In this document: positions 31,133-41,400 of the stretch, in pieces | Numbering within the stretch: position 1 is the first letter of the stretch | Layout of the letters: each line of letters begins with the position of its first letter | NCBI GenBank assembly: GCA_963845755.1 | Contig: CAWJTV010000038.1 | Span: 163,210-227,209, forward strand | Source of the DNA: an uncultured Planctomycetota bacterium | GTDB taxonomy: Bacteria > Planctomycetota > Planctomycetia > Isosphaerales > Isosphaeraceae | Length of the DNA: 64,000 bases | Direction: 5' to 3' | Program-made: the position numbers and the translations under genes | Notes under the pieces: generated by a model | Database searches by the model: none | Told to the model about the DNA's origin: nothing | What the model saw: the letters and a program-made list of their open reading frames with translations, nothing else

Positions 31133-34100
31133 TCAGGGGGTGGGCACCATTTGGATCGGCCCGGCGCGCCAGAGTTTCACCGCTCCATCGTGGCCGCACG
31201 AGGCGAGGGTCGAGCCATCGGGTGAGAACGCCAGGGCGTTGATCTGGGCCTCGTGTCCTTCCAGGGTAAGGAGTTCCTGGCCGGTGGCGACGTCCCAGAT
31301 CCGGATGACTTTTCCTTTGCCGGCCGCCACGACGTTCCGCCCGTCCGGAGAGAACCTCAAGCAACGAAGCTGATCCGCCTCGCCATGAATCGACCGGACG
31401 AGCTTTGCCGTGGCAGGGTCCCACAACTTGATCTCGCCATCCTCGTTGGCGGAAGCCAGCAGCGACCCATCGGGCGCGAACGCCACCGCGTTGACATTGT
31501 TCACGTCGGGGAGGATCGCTAGACCTATCCCCGTGGCAACGTCCCAGAGCCGCACGGTCGCGTCGTTGGACGACGAAGCCAGCCAACGACCATCCGGACT
31601 GAAGGCGAGGCCGATCAGGTTCTTGGTGTGACCGCTCAGGATAGCGCGAGTCGTCCGCTTCGCCACGTCCCAGAGGCGTGCTGTCATGTCATCGCTGGCC
31701 GTGGCCAGCCATCGACCGTCCGGGCTGAAGGCGACGGAACGCACCCGGTTGGTGTGTCCTTTCAGGCTCCCCATCCGCCGATGCGAAGCGGCGTCCCAGA
31801 GGATGACGTTGTCAGACCCCCGCTCGTCGGGGCTCAGGCTGGCTGAGGCGAGAATCCGCCCATCCGGACTGAACGCCAGCGCCGCGACCGTGGCGGAATG
31901 CCCCTTCCACGCGGAGCGGAGCCGACCAGAATCCGGGTCCCAAAGCTTGATCGTCTGACACTCGTCGGTGTCGTCGCTGCCGGTGGCCAGGACCTTGCCG
32001 TCCGGTGAGAAGGCCGCCGCCCATGCCTCGTCGTTGTGGCCGGCCAGCGCGACAGGATCTTTCGGCGCTTCGAGCCGCCAGATCCGCGGTGTCGTGCCAC
32101 CGGCAAGGATCAATGTCCGGCCGTCCGGGAGGAAGGCCAGAGTTTCAATATGATTGCGGGCGGGAAAGACGTGCAGCCGGCGCGCCGAGGCAACGTCCCA
32201 GACCTCAACCGGTTGAGGCCCCCCCGGATCCGTCGCGATGCCGATGGCCAGGCGACTTTCATCGGGCGAGAAGGCCAAGCTATGAGAGACGATCGCTCGA
32301 TCGGCGTAGCCCTGCATCAAGAGTCGTTCTTGACGACTCGTTCGATCGAGGATCGTCACGCGGCCAGAGCTGTCCATGACGGCCGCGTACGATCCCGTGG
32401 TACCGATTGCAATTTGAACGGCTTCGCCGCTCGTCTGGAATCGAGCCGTCTCTCGACCATCGGCCGTCTCCCACACCGAGATGCCATTTCCCGGCACAGG
32501 CGCCGCGAAGTAACGGCCATCGGGAGAAAACGTCGATTCGCTCACTCGACCGGGTTGCGGGACCGCCAGTGTAACACGGGCCTGGCCCGTCCAGGGATCC
32601 AGGAGCCTGAACTGTTCGCCTTGGTGGACAGCCAGGAGCGAGCCGTCAGCCGAAAACCCCTGGAAGAACGGGCTATCACTTTCGAGGATCTTGCGGATTA
32701 AACGCGCGGACCGCGCGGAGATGTCCCAGGCGTTGACAGATTGCCCTCCTCGGGCATAAGTTCGGGCGACCGCCGCGCGACGGCCTCTGGCATCGAAGCA
32801 CAACCGAAGAAACTCCTCGCCGGGCTTACAATTGAGCCGGGCCATATGTCGGCTCGAGGCCAGTTCGAAGAAGTCGATACGACGATTCGGGACTCCTCGG
32901 CCCAGGGCGGCGAGCAGACGCCCGTCAGGGGAGAGCCACAGATCATCCCACGTCGCATCGGGGGGCGCCGGCAAACCACGTGGTCTGTCCAGTTCCATGT
33001 CGGGTGACAGGTCCCAGAGCAGGGCTTTGCCTTGCAAGTCCAAGGTGGCGAGCGTCCTGCCGTCGCGAGCGAGGGACCCGCGCACGACCGTCGCCTCGTG
33101 CCCCCAGAGCTGCGAGAACTCGCGGTGGGCCTGCCTCCAAAGGTGGCGCCAGGCGAAATCGCGATGGTCGTGGCCTCCGGCCTCGGGCTGGATGTCGTGG
33201 AGGATGTCCTGGGCCAGCTCGATTTGTCGGGCGTCCAGCGCTCGTCGGGCGCGGCGCAGGCTCTCGGCGTAATGGTGCCGGTCGGCCTGATGGCGACGTT
33301 CTTCAGCGATTCGCGTTTGCTTCTCGGCCTCCCGCGCTTTCTGATCGCCGCGTGCGATCTGGATCTCGAGCTGGTTGTTGTGCCATTCCAGCCAACTGGC
33401 CCATGCGGCGATGCCGCCGACCAGACCGCAGAGAAGCAGGATGACGAGTCCCAGGAGGGCGGCCACGGCGGGCCGCCGCCGCGCCCACCCGCAGGAGCGC
33501 TCCCAGGCAGAGACCGGCCGGCCCACGATCGGCCGGCCGTCGAGGAATCGCTCCAGGTCGTCGTGCAGCGCCGCGGCCGACTCATACCGCTGCGCCGGCA
33601 CCTTGCGCAAGCATTTCAGGCAGATCGTGTCCAGGTCGCGCGGCAGTCCCGGGCGCAGCGAACGCGGTGTGACCGGGTCGGATTCGATCACCAGCCGCAG
33701 AGTCTCCACATCCGTCTCGCCGCGGAACGGTGGACGACCCGTCAGGATCTCGTAAAGAGTCGCGCCCAGGCCATAGACGTCGGCGGCCGGACCGACTTCA
33801 CCCCGGCGGCCCGCGGCCTGCTCGGGGGCCATGTACTGGGCCGTTCCCAGCCGGGCTTCACTCCGGGTCTCGTCGCCGGCCTCCGCGACGAGCTTGGCCA
33901 GACCGAAGTCGGTCAGGCGGGGAACCAGGACTTCCGGGTTCGCGCCGCCGGTCAGGAGGATGTTGTCGGGTTTGATGTCGCGGTGGAGAATGCCGCGGTC
34001 GTGGGCGTGCTGCACGGCGTCTGCGATCGCGGCGACCCACAGCGCCGCCAGCCGTACTGGCACAGGTTGATTCTGCGAGTTCAGCCAGCGGCGCAGGCTG

Positions 34101-34621
34101 GGCCCTTCACAAAACTCGGAGGCGATGAAGTAGCCCAGTGGGCCGAGTTCTCCGGCGTCGTGGACCCGAACGATGTTCGGATGATCGAGCCTGGCGGCGC
34201 TGCGAGCCTCCCGAAGGAACCGGTGAACGTCTCTCGGGCTGAGCACGCGCTCGGGCAACGGCACCTTCAACGCCACCTCGCGATCGAGCAATCGGTCCCG
34301 AGCGCGGACCACGAACCCGAATCCACCCGACCCCAGGTGGTCGAGGACCTCGAATCGGCCCAGGAGCGGACGGTCGTCATCGCGCCCTTGGCTCCGGGAG
34401 ATGCGGTCCGCGACCGGTCCGGGATCGTCGTCGGTCTCCGACGCTTCGAGCATCCTGAGCAGCAGTCGCAGGCGGTCTCGGCCCCGGTCTTCGGGCGAGG
34501 GAGCGCCGGAGAACGCGGTTTCGCGCTCGGTCGAGGCGGCGCGCAGCAACGCGTCACAGGCGATCAGCCGCGTCTGCTCCTTGTCGTCAACCTGCTGATC
34601 CTCGCTGTCATCCGACGTCAT
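31133..34621 (-). CDS. Hanks-type Ser/Thr kinase with TM/coiled coil and WD40 repeats (STK1)
   Basis: LGSGGFG, VALKVP, HRDIKPDN, TDFGLAK, GTAQYMAPE; many GH..V.AVAFSPDG..LASAS.D.T.RLWD repeats; start MTSDDSED overlaps the ECF stop. Confidence 0.95.
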   Translation of the reverse strand: MTSDDSEDQQVDDKEQTRLIACDALLRAASTERETAFSGAPSPEDRGRDRLRLLLRMLEASETDDDPGPVADRISRSQGRDDDRPLLGRFEVLDHLGSGGFGFVVRARDRLLDREVALKVPLPERVLSPRDVHRFLREARSAARLDHPNIVRVHDAGELGPLGYFIASEFCEGPSLRRWLNSQNQPVPVRLAALWVAAIADAVQHAHDRGILHRDIKPDNILLTGGANPEVLVPRLTDFGLAKLVAEAGDETRSEARLGTAQYMAPEQAAGRRGEVGPAADVYGLGATLYEILTGRPPFRGETDVETLRLVIESDPVTPRSLRPGLPRDLDTICLKCLRKVPAQRYESAAALHDDLERFLDGRPIVGRPVSAWERSCGWARRRPAVAALLGLVILLLCGLVGGIAAWASWLEWHNNQLEIQIARGDQKAREAEKQTRIAEERRHQADRHHYAESLRRARRALDARQIELAQDILHDIQPEAGGHDHRDFAWRHLWRQAHREFSQLWGHEATVVRGSLARDGRTLATLDLQGKALLWDLSPDMELDRPRGLPAPPDATWDDLWLSPDGRLLAALGRGVPNRRIDFFELASSRHMARLNCKPGEEFLRLCFDARGRRAAVARTYARGGQSVNAWDISARSARLIRKILESDSPFFQGFSADGSLLAVHQGEQFRLLDPWTGQARVTLAVPQPGRVSESTFSPDGRYFAAPVPGNGISVWETADGRETARFQTSGEAVQIAIGTTGSYAAVMDSSGRVTILDRTSRQERLLMQGYADRAIVSHSLAFSPDESRLAIGIATDPGGPQPVEVWDVASARRLHVFPARNHIETLAFLPDGRTLILAGGTTPRIWRLEAPKDPVALAGHNDEAWAAAFSPDGKVLATGSDDTDECQTIKLWDPDSGRLRSAWKGHSATVAALAFSPDGRILASASLSPDERGSDNVILWDAASHRRMGSLKGHTNRVRSVAFSPDGRWLATASDDMTARLWDVAKRTTRAILSGHTKNLIGLAFSPDGRWLASSSNDATVRLWDVATGIGLAILPDVNNVNAVAFAPDGSLLASANEDGEIKLWDPATAKLVRSIHGEADQLRCLRFSPDGRNVVAAGKGKVIRIWDVATGQELLTLEGHEAQINALAFSPDGSTLASCGHDGAVKLWRAGPIQMVPTP

Positions 34622-35204
34622 GGCCCGGCCCCAGCCGTTCGCGTAGCCTGGCGATCGCACGTCCATAAAGCTTCTGAGCACAATCGTCCGAGATCCCGAG
34701 CCTCGAACCGATCTCCGCGAACGACAGGTCTTCCCATAGCCGCCACTGAATGGCGGCTCGATAATGGTCCGGCAACGCGAGCAGCGCGGCGTCCATCGCC
34801 TCGTTGGAAGCGTCTCTCTCGGCAGCCACGCTCGGCGGCGTCACGGAGCCGGGGATTGCTCCGCCACCGCTCCCGGACTCCAGCCGGGCCGGGATCGGAC
34901 GCCGCCGCGCCTTGATCAACCTGTGGACTAGGATCACGCGGAGCCAGGCGCGGAGCTGTCCCGAAGTGTGGCCTTCGAATCGGCCGAAGCTGCGCCACGC
35001 CTCCAGGATCGTGTCCTGGACCAGATCGGAGGTGGCCGGGTCACCGACTCCTTTCGACCAACGATTCTTCCCGACCACCAACCGGAGATATTGGCGGCAC
35101 GCCTCCAATGTCCCCCAGCACGCCGCGGGATCTCCTCCCCTCGCCGCCGCAAGCGCCTCGTCACTCCGCGCCGGATCGACTCTGATGCGGCTGACCATCG
35201 CCAT
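34608..35204 (-). CDS. ECF sigma factor (kinase-associated), ECF1
   Basis: ACRQYLRLVV, ATSDLVQDT, QLRAWLRVIL, LPDHYRAAI..SFAEIGSRLGISDDCAQKLYGRAIARL; GGAAGGA RBS before MAMVSR. Confidence 0.9.
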   Translation of the reverse strand: MAMVSRIRVDPARSDEALAAARGGDPAACWGTLEACRQYLRLVVGKNRWSKGVGDPATSDLVQDTILEAWRSFGRFEGHTSGQLRAWLRVILVHRLIKARRRPIPARLESGSGGGAIPGSVTPPSVAAERDASNEAMDAALLALPDHYRAAIQWRLWEDLSFAEIGSRLGISDDCAQKLYGRAIARLRERLGPGHDVG

Positions 35205-35266
35205 TTTTGCCGAGTCCTTCCCGGCTTGTTGTGGATGGGGCCCAAGCATGGGTGTTCTTACAACAT

Positions 35267-35297
35267 CAGTATGGCTCATGGCGCCTTGTGAAATCAA
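35267..35297 (-). promoter_or_regulatory. Sigma70-like promoter of the ECF1-STK1 operon
   Basis: Minus strand TTGATTTC-N16-CATACTG; identical boxes and spacing upstream of ECF2 at 46991-47021. Confidence 0.6.
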
Positions 35298-35404
35298 CAT
35301 GCACGACCGGAATGTCGCAAGACCAAGCCCCGACAGATGCTGTGCCGCGAGGTCAGGATTGCCGGCCGCTGCGCCGGGTCCATTTCGAAAAAAAAAACGC
35401 GCGC

Positions 35405-35486
35405 CGAGGTTCGGATTCTCGTCCGTTTTGGCCCTATGGGTTAGAGCAATCACGGAGAGCAGCAGAAGTGGCCCGATGCCAGGCCG
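35405..35486 (+). promoter_or_regulatory. Island-specific element, degenerate copy 4
   Basis: gaggTTCGG(35410)attct-N12-ccctatgg; imperfect dyad ggcccg-atgc-caggcc at 35470. Confidence 0.35.
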
Positions 35487-35630
35487 TCCCGGCGCAATGC
35501 GTCTTGCTGTCTTATTGCTAATCGAAGACGCATCGATTTCACGACAGGTTCCTTGTACGTTTTCCGTCGGCGACTCGTATTCGAGATTTGTCCCATCCGC
35601 CGGAATCTGAGATCGACTTTGACAAATGTG

Positions 35631-35720
35631 CCCGAGGCGCGTTTCGGTTTTTGGGTCTCATGTTCCTATAAGCTCGTGCGACGTCGGCACCAGACAGCGA
35701 GATGGCTCGCCGCCGAGCCT
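35631..35720 (+). promoter_or_regulatory. Island-specific element, copy 5 (upstream of secreted protein gene)
   Basis: cccgaggcgcgtTTCGG(35643)tttttgggtctcatgttcctataag; perfect dyad ggctcg-ccgc-cgagcc at 35704. Confidence 0.65.
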
Positions 35721-35831
35721 TTTCGGGCGAACTCGGTGTCGCCGGTCGGTCGAGACCGAGCGGCGACACCGAGCGCCACCAATCCGACCTTCAAGTCCTT
35801 CGACCACGCTCTCGAACTACGGAGTCATTGC

Positions 35832-36413
35832 ATGTTTCGCAATCGATCCATTGCCGCCTTTATCGTTTGCACCCTGGCCCTGGCGCTGGCACAGAACTCG
35901 GCGGAAGCCGATGACAATTCCTTCAAAATCATCGGTGGGGGAATCGCACCGATGGGGCTTCCACTACCTGGCGAGGGCGGACGACCTCACTGGGCTGTTG
36001 GCGCTGCCACGGATCTGGGCTTGTATTACGGCCAGGGGCAGGTCGAAACGGACACGGCGTACCCTCAACCTGACGGGACCATCATCGGTGAGTTTGGAAG
36101 TCCGGTGCCTTTTGTGTTTACCGACGCAAAGGGGGACAACTTGGCCTGCTATTACGGCCGAACTGATTTCGGTGCGAAGAACCCCGGCACGTTCGAACTG
36201 GTCCCTGTCCCTCACCTGGGCCCCGGCTGGTACGTTGCGAATTTTATCGCCGAGTTTGTCCCCTACGGTCCTGAATGCACCGGGAAGTTCAAGGGGGTCA
36301 GTGGCAGTTGGATCATGTATGCGACGACCGCCCCCTTTGTGTTGGGAGCCTCCGACCCCACTCCCTACACGTGGGAAGGAGAAGGGTCGCTTACGCTCAA
36401 GAAAGGGCACTGA
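35832..36413 (+). CDS. Secreted hypothetical beta-rich protein
   Basis: GGAG RBS; signal peptide MFRNRSIAAFIVCTLALALAQNSAEA; Gly/aromatic-rich, CTGKFKGVSGSW. Confidence 0.8.
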   Translation: MFRNRSIAAFIVCTLALALAQNSAEADDNSFKIIGGGIAPMGLPLPGEGGRPHWAVGAATDLGLYYGQGQVETDTAYPQPDGTIIGEFGSPVPFVFTDAKGDNLACYYGRTDFGAKNPGTFELVPVPHLGPGWYVANFIAEFVPYGPECTGKFKGVSGSWIMYATTAPFVLGASDPTPYTWEGEGSLTLKKGH

Positions 36414-36523
36414 GCGGAGTTCGGGCTCGCTCGATCTGGGATCTAAGCGAGTCCGCAAAATGGATTTGACAGGACGTCTTCTCGAGCGAGCCAGCCATGG
36501 AAGCCTCACCGCACCGCACATCA

Positions 36524-36659
36524 CTCGTTCCCACGGTCCTCCGTGGGAATGCTGACTTGGCCGCTCTGCGGCCCCTGACGGCACGGGCCGTTACCGGGCC
36601 CCAGCCGGACGACGCAGAGCGTCGAGGACGGCATTCCCACGCGGGAGCGTGGGAACGAG
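36524..36659. repeat. REPIN-like element (ctcgttcccacg..cgtgggaatgc arms)
   Basis: Inverted ~30-bp arms; second copy at 58795-58933. Confidence 0.8.
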
Positions 36660-36842
36660 GGTCTTCCGGTTGCGGTGCGACCAACCCGATGTCAAAAAAC
36701 ATCTGCGGACCCGCTTGGCCTCGAGTCACGACACATCATCGCAACGGATCCATGGAAGTTATCCGCATAAGACGCGCGGAGCTCGTCGCCGAATGACCCC
36801 GTTGATTTGTGATCCCGTCGCCCGGAAACCGAGGGGGACATC

Positions 36843-37250
36843 ATGGCCAGACTCGCCGCCTTTTTCGTCGGATTAAACGCCGCGATCCACGTCGCGATCT
36901 CGGTCGTTGAGATGTTTTTCTGGACAAGGCCTGAGGTTTACACTCGGCTGTTTCCCGACTTCGATGAGACGCAAGCCCGCGCCACCGAACCGATCGTCCA
37001 GAATGTTGGACTCTACAATGGATTCCTCGCAGCCGGCTTGATCTGGGGGCTATTCGCCCGGCGAATGGCCTTCCCGATCCGCGTGTTCTTCCTCTCTTGC
37101 GTCATCATCGCCGGGATTTACGGGGCACTCACTCTGAAGAAGCCGACGACTCTGGCACTCCAGTCACTGCCCGGAGCCGTCGGGCTCGTTCTCACTTACC
37201 TCTCACGGCCCCGGCCCGTGATGGAAAGAGGTGTCGGGAATGGCACCTGA
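36843..37250 (+). CDS. DUF1304 family membrane protein
   Basis: [50 protein letters not shown]. Confidence 0.85.
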   Translation: MARLAAFFVGLNAAIHVAISVVEMFFWTRPEVYTRLFPDFDETQARATEPIVQNVGLYNGFLAAGLIWGLFARRMAFPIRVFFLSCVIIAGIYGALTLKKPTTLALQSLPGAVGLVLTYLSRPRPVMERGVGNGT

Positions 37251-37386
37251 CCCGGCGCCTTGCACCCAGGGCCAACGAGGACTCCTGATACGTTTTCTCA
37301 CGCCCAGCAACGATCTCATCGCGGTTGGTCATGCCCATTGTCGCCGGACCGAGCGTCTGCCGCCAGAAGAGGCGGAGGATCTGACG

Positions 37387-38418
37387 ATGGAAAACAGACG
37401 CAAGGGCTTCACGCTGATCGAGCTCCTGGTCGTGATCGCGATCATCGCGGTCTTGATCGCCTTGTTGCTCCCTGCGGTCCAGGCCGCGCGGGAAGCGGCG
37501 CGGCGGGCCCAGTGCACCAACAACCTGAAGCGACTGGGTCTGGCGATTCATAATTATGAGTCAACTCACTCGATGCTCCCGCTGGGACGCATCTGGGGTC
37601 CTGTGCCGGGAATCCCGTTCCCATCATTCTTCGAGGGGGCGCAGAACACGACCTGGTTCACGCAGATGCTCCCGCAGTTCGAGCAGCAGGCGCTCTACAA
37701 CGCCTATAACTTCGCCACGGGGGTCGAAGGCCCGCCCGGTGGCGACGGCATGCCGGTCGGCATCCCGATCAACTCGACGATCTACGGGACCAAGCTGTCC
37801 GCTTTCCAGTGCCCCAGCGACAACGAGCGCGATCTGAACTTGATCTGGCCCACCAACGGGTACTTCATCCGCGGGACGCGCGGGAATTACGTGGTGAGCT
37901 GGGGCAATACGCAGTGGGGCCAGCAGAACACGGCCGGGGGGACGCCCACCGCCAACCTCCCGGTGGTCTACCTGCAATCGGCCTTCGGGCACAAGTCGAT
38001 CCGTCTGGCCTCGGTCACTGACGGCACCAGCAATACGGTCTTCACGGCCGAGACGCTCCAGGGCCAACTCAACGACGTCCGGGGGGCCATCTGGACGCTG
38101 GGCGCCGTGTTCATGAGCCGGTTCACTCCCAACGGCCTGCGGGATTTCTACGGCGTTGTGAATCCGCCGGTCGGAGGGGGCGACCGGCTCGGCAATGGGT
38201 TCTGCGTCAGCGATCCGTCGGGGATGATGCCCTGTGTTATGGTGCCCTTCCCGTTCCTGGACATCTACTCGGCTTCCCGCAGCCGACATCCAGGCGGCGT
38301 CAATGCGGGTTTCGGCGACGGCTCCGTTCGGTTCATCAAGAATACGATCAACCCGGTCGTCTGGATCGGCCTGAACACAATCCAGGGCGGCGAGGTCCTC
38401 TCATCGGATTCGTACTGA
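37387..38418 (+). CDS. DUF1559 prepilin-type N-terminal cleavage/methylation protein (H-X9-DG C-terminus)
   Basis: [72 protein letters not shown]. Confidence 0.96.
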   Translation: MENRRKGFTLIELLVVIAIIAVLIALLLPAVQAAREAARRAQCTNNLKRLGLAIHNYESTHSMLPLGRIWGPVPGIPFPSFFEGAQNTTWFTQMLPQFEQQALYNAYNFATGVEGPPGGDGMPVGIPINSTIYGTKLSAFQCPSDNERDLNLIWPTNGYFIRGTRGNYVVSWGNTQWGQQNTAGGTPTANLPVVYLQSAFGHKSIRLASVTDGTSNTVFTAETLQGQLNDVRGAIWTLGAVFMSRFTPNGLRDFYGVVNPPVGGGDRLGNGFCVSDPSGMMPCVMVPFPFLDIYSASRSRHPGGVNAGFGDGSVRFIKNTINPVVWIGLNTIQGGEVLSSDSY

Positions 38419-38449
38419 CCGGATCAGACCCTTCACCAAGGTCGCACCG

Positions 38450-41400
38450 ATGCCAGTCTCGCACGCCGACCCGACCACGGACCATGTCCCGGACGCGACG
38501 AGTCCCCTGGACGCGCCCGCCTCCGTGGCCATCTTGTCGTCCCGCCTGACGGTCGACTTCGACGACTCCAGGCCCTCCGGTGGTGCCATCCCTGAGTTGA
38601 GGCACGAGCGATTCCGCATCGGCGACCAGCTCGGCGAGGGCGGAATGGGGGTTGTCTACCACGCCCGCGATAACCGCGATGGCCGCGACGTGGCACTCAA
38701 GCTCATGAAGGCGACGTTGGCGGGCTCGGCCCGAAGGCGGTTCGAGCGCGAGTTCCGCTCGCTCTCGGTGCTCCAACATCCCCACTGCCTGAGGGTCTTC
38801 GACTACGGCGAGTTGGCCGGCGGCCCATTCTTCACCATGGAGCTCTTCCAGGGCCGAACGATCACGAGCCTGGCCGGGCGGGGCGTCGAGCCTGTCCTCG
38901 AACCGCTCATCCAGTTGACGCAGGCATTGGACTACATTCACGCTCACGGCATCATCCACCGCGATATCAAGCCTTCCAACATCCTCGTCCGCCCAACGAT
39001 CCGGCCTGACGGGTCGCCCGGGTTCGAGGTCAAGCTGATGGACTTCGGCCTCGCGAAGTTCTACGGAGTGAAGTCCTCGCTCTCGGCCGAGGCCGGCTTC
39101 GCCGGTACCGTCGCCTACTGCGCGCCGGAGCAGCTCAACCTGGATGAGCTGGATCACCGCGCCGACCTCTACTGCCTTGGGCTCGTCGCCTACGAAGTCT
39201 TGAGCGGCCGCTATGCCTTCCCCGAGGCCCGGCTGGCCGGCATGCGTCCCCTGATGCAGGCCCAGCACAATGACAAGCCGAAGCCGCTGAAGGACGTGAA
39301 CCCGGAGATCCCCGCGCCGATCGCCGACGCCGTGATGAAGTACCTCCGAAAGCAGCCGAGGCGCCGGCCCGACTCCGCCGCGCCGCTCCGGTCGGCGATC
39401 GCGGGATTCCTCGGTATCGACGAGCAAACGGCGGTCTCCGGGGTCTCCATGCCGCTGCTGCGGCCTGGGTTGTCGGTGACCGGATTCGTCTGCCGCGCCA
39501 GCGAGCAGGAGCTGATCAGCGACGTCCTGCGCCGCTGCCTCCGGCCGGGCTCGGCCGAGATGCGCGGTGAGATCCCGGCGTCGCTGATCGTCGTCAGCGG
39601 CGAGCCGGGCATCGGCAAGAGCAGCGTCGTCCAGGAGGCCGAACGCATCGCCCGCGGTCACGGCTGCCAGGTCTACGAGGGACGCTGCTTCGACGGCAAC
39701 CTCTCCCCGTTCCAGCCATTCGTCGAGATCATCCGGCAGCTCATCGCCGAGCTGCGGCTCCAGGAGCGTCGCGAAGCCGCAACAGCCGACGAGGATCTTA
39801 CTGGCACCCACGTCGCCGGACTTCCTACCGAGTCGCTGGTGCGCCTGCTGGGGATCGTCAACGACTACCGCGGCGAGCTCCTCCGAATTGCGCCCGAGCT
39901 TCGCAAGTACCTTCCGGGTGAGGCTTATCAACAGGTCGATTTCGGCCGCGAGGCCGACTACATCTACCGTGCGCTGGCGGCCTTCTTCCTGGAGATCGCC
40001 ACGTTGCAGCCGGTCTACCTCAGCTTCGAAGACCTGCAATGGGCAGACAAGAGTTCGCTCGACTTACTGCGGCACTTGGCCGCCGCGCTGGCCGACGCGC
40101 GGCGCTCGGCCGACGGTTCGACGATCGCGCCACGGCTGGTGATCGTGGCCTCTGCCCGCACCGGCTATGCGTCGCTCGAAGCCCTGCTATCGCAGCTCCG
40201 CGAGCAGCGTCATCTCCTGGAACTTCTCCTGTCGCCGTTGACCGAGGCCGAGACGCGCGAGCTGATTGCCCTGCGCCTGAACTGCCAGCCCGACGAGCTG
40301 GCGCACGAGCTTGTGGCACGCGTCCACTCCCTCTGCGGCGGGAACCCGTTCTTCGTGGCGGAGACGGTGCGGGATTGGTTCGACAAGCAGGCGATCACGC
40401 GGACCGACAGCGGCTGGGTGTTGACGACGGAGGCGGCCGACTCGACCGACCTGCCCGAGACGGTACGCGACGTGATGCGGCTGCGGTTGCAAGGCTTGCC
40501 TCCGAAGGTCCAGCAGGTGGTGAGTGCGGCCGCGGTGATCGGGGCGGTGGTGGATATCGATTTGTTGCGAGACGCCGTACCCGATCTCAGCGAGAGCGAC
40601 GTGCTGGACGCGATCGACGTCCTGCTGCCGCGCCGGGTCTTCCGCGAGACGGGCAACGCCGGCCGCGTCGAGTTCGTGCACGACCTGCTCCGCGAGCTAC
40701 CGTATGGCGACCTGACGGCGTCCCGGCGTCGAAGTCTGCATCGTCGCGTTGGCGAGCTGCTCGAAAACCGGCGCGAGAAGGGGGAGGCGATTGCCCCGGC
40801 CGTGCTGGCCGACCATTTCCGCAATGCGGAGGACCGCGCGAAGGGCTTCGCCTATACGATAGAGGCCGCCGCCGCCGCTCTCGAAGCGTACGCCTTCACC
40901 AACGCAGTCGTCCAGTTGAAAGAAGCCCAGCAGCTCTTGTCCCCTGAAGCCGACGAGGCGACGAGATATCGTCTCTGGGACATGCTCGGAAACGCTTGCG
41001 GTTCGTCGGCTCGGCTCGACGAGGCGATCGGGGCCTACACACACGCCCTCGAGCACGCCAGTGACCGCTTTGATCGAGCAACCGCTCAACACGGGATCGG
41101 CGCGGCGTATCACCGGAAAGGTGACTACCACGATGCCACCCGCCATTTCGAAGCGGCCTTGAGTGAGGTCGGATATCGTCGCCCTCATGGAGTCATGGGA
41201 CTCTTATTCGGCACGTGGAGGGCTTTTGTTTCCTTCCACATGATCCCATCTTGGTTCTCCCTTGCCAGGCGCGGCCCGGATTATGACCGAAGGGTCGCGA
41301 TCGCGATCGCGAGCTACTACCGCCTGTGCCAGATGGCGGTCTCCATTCTCAGCTACTCTTACGGCTCGTACAATCTTGCCGCCCTGGCAAAACATCTAAG

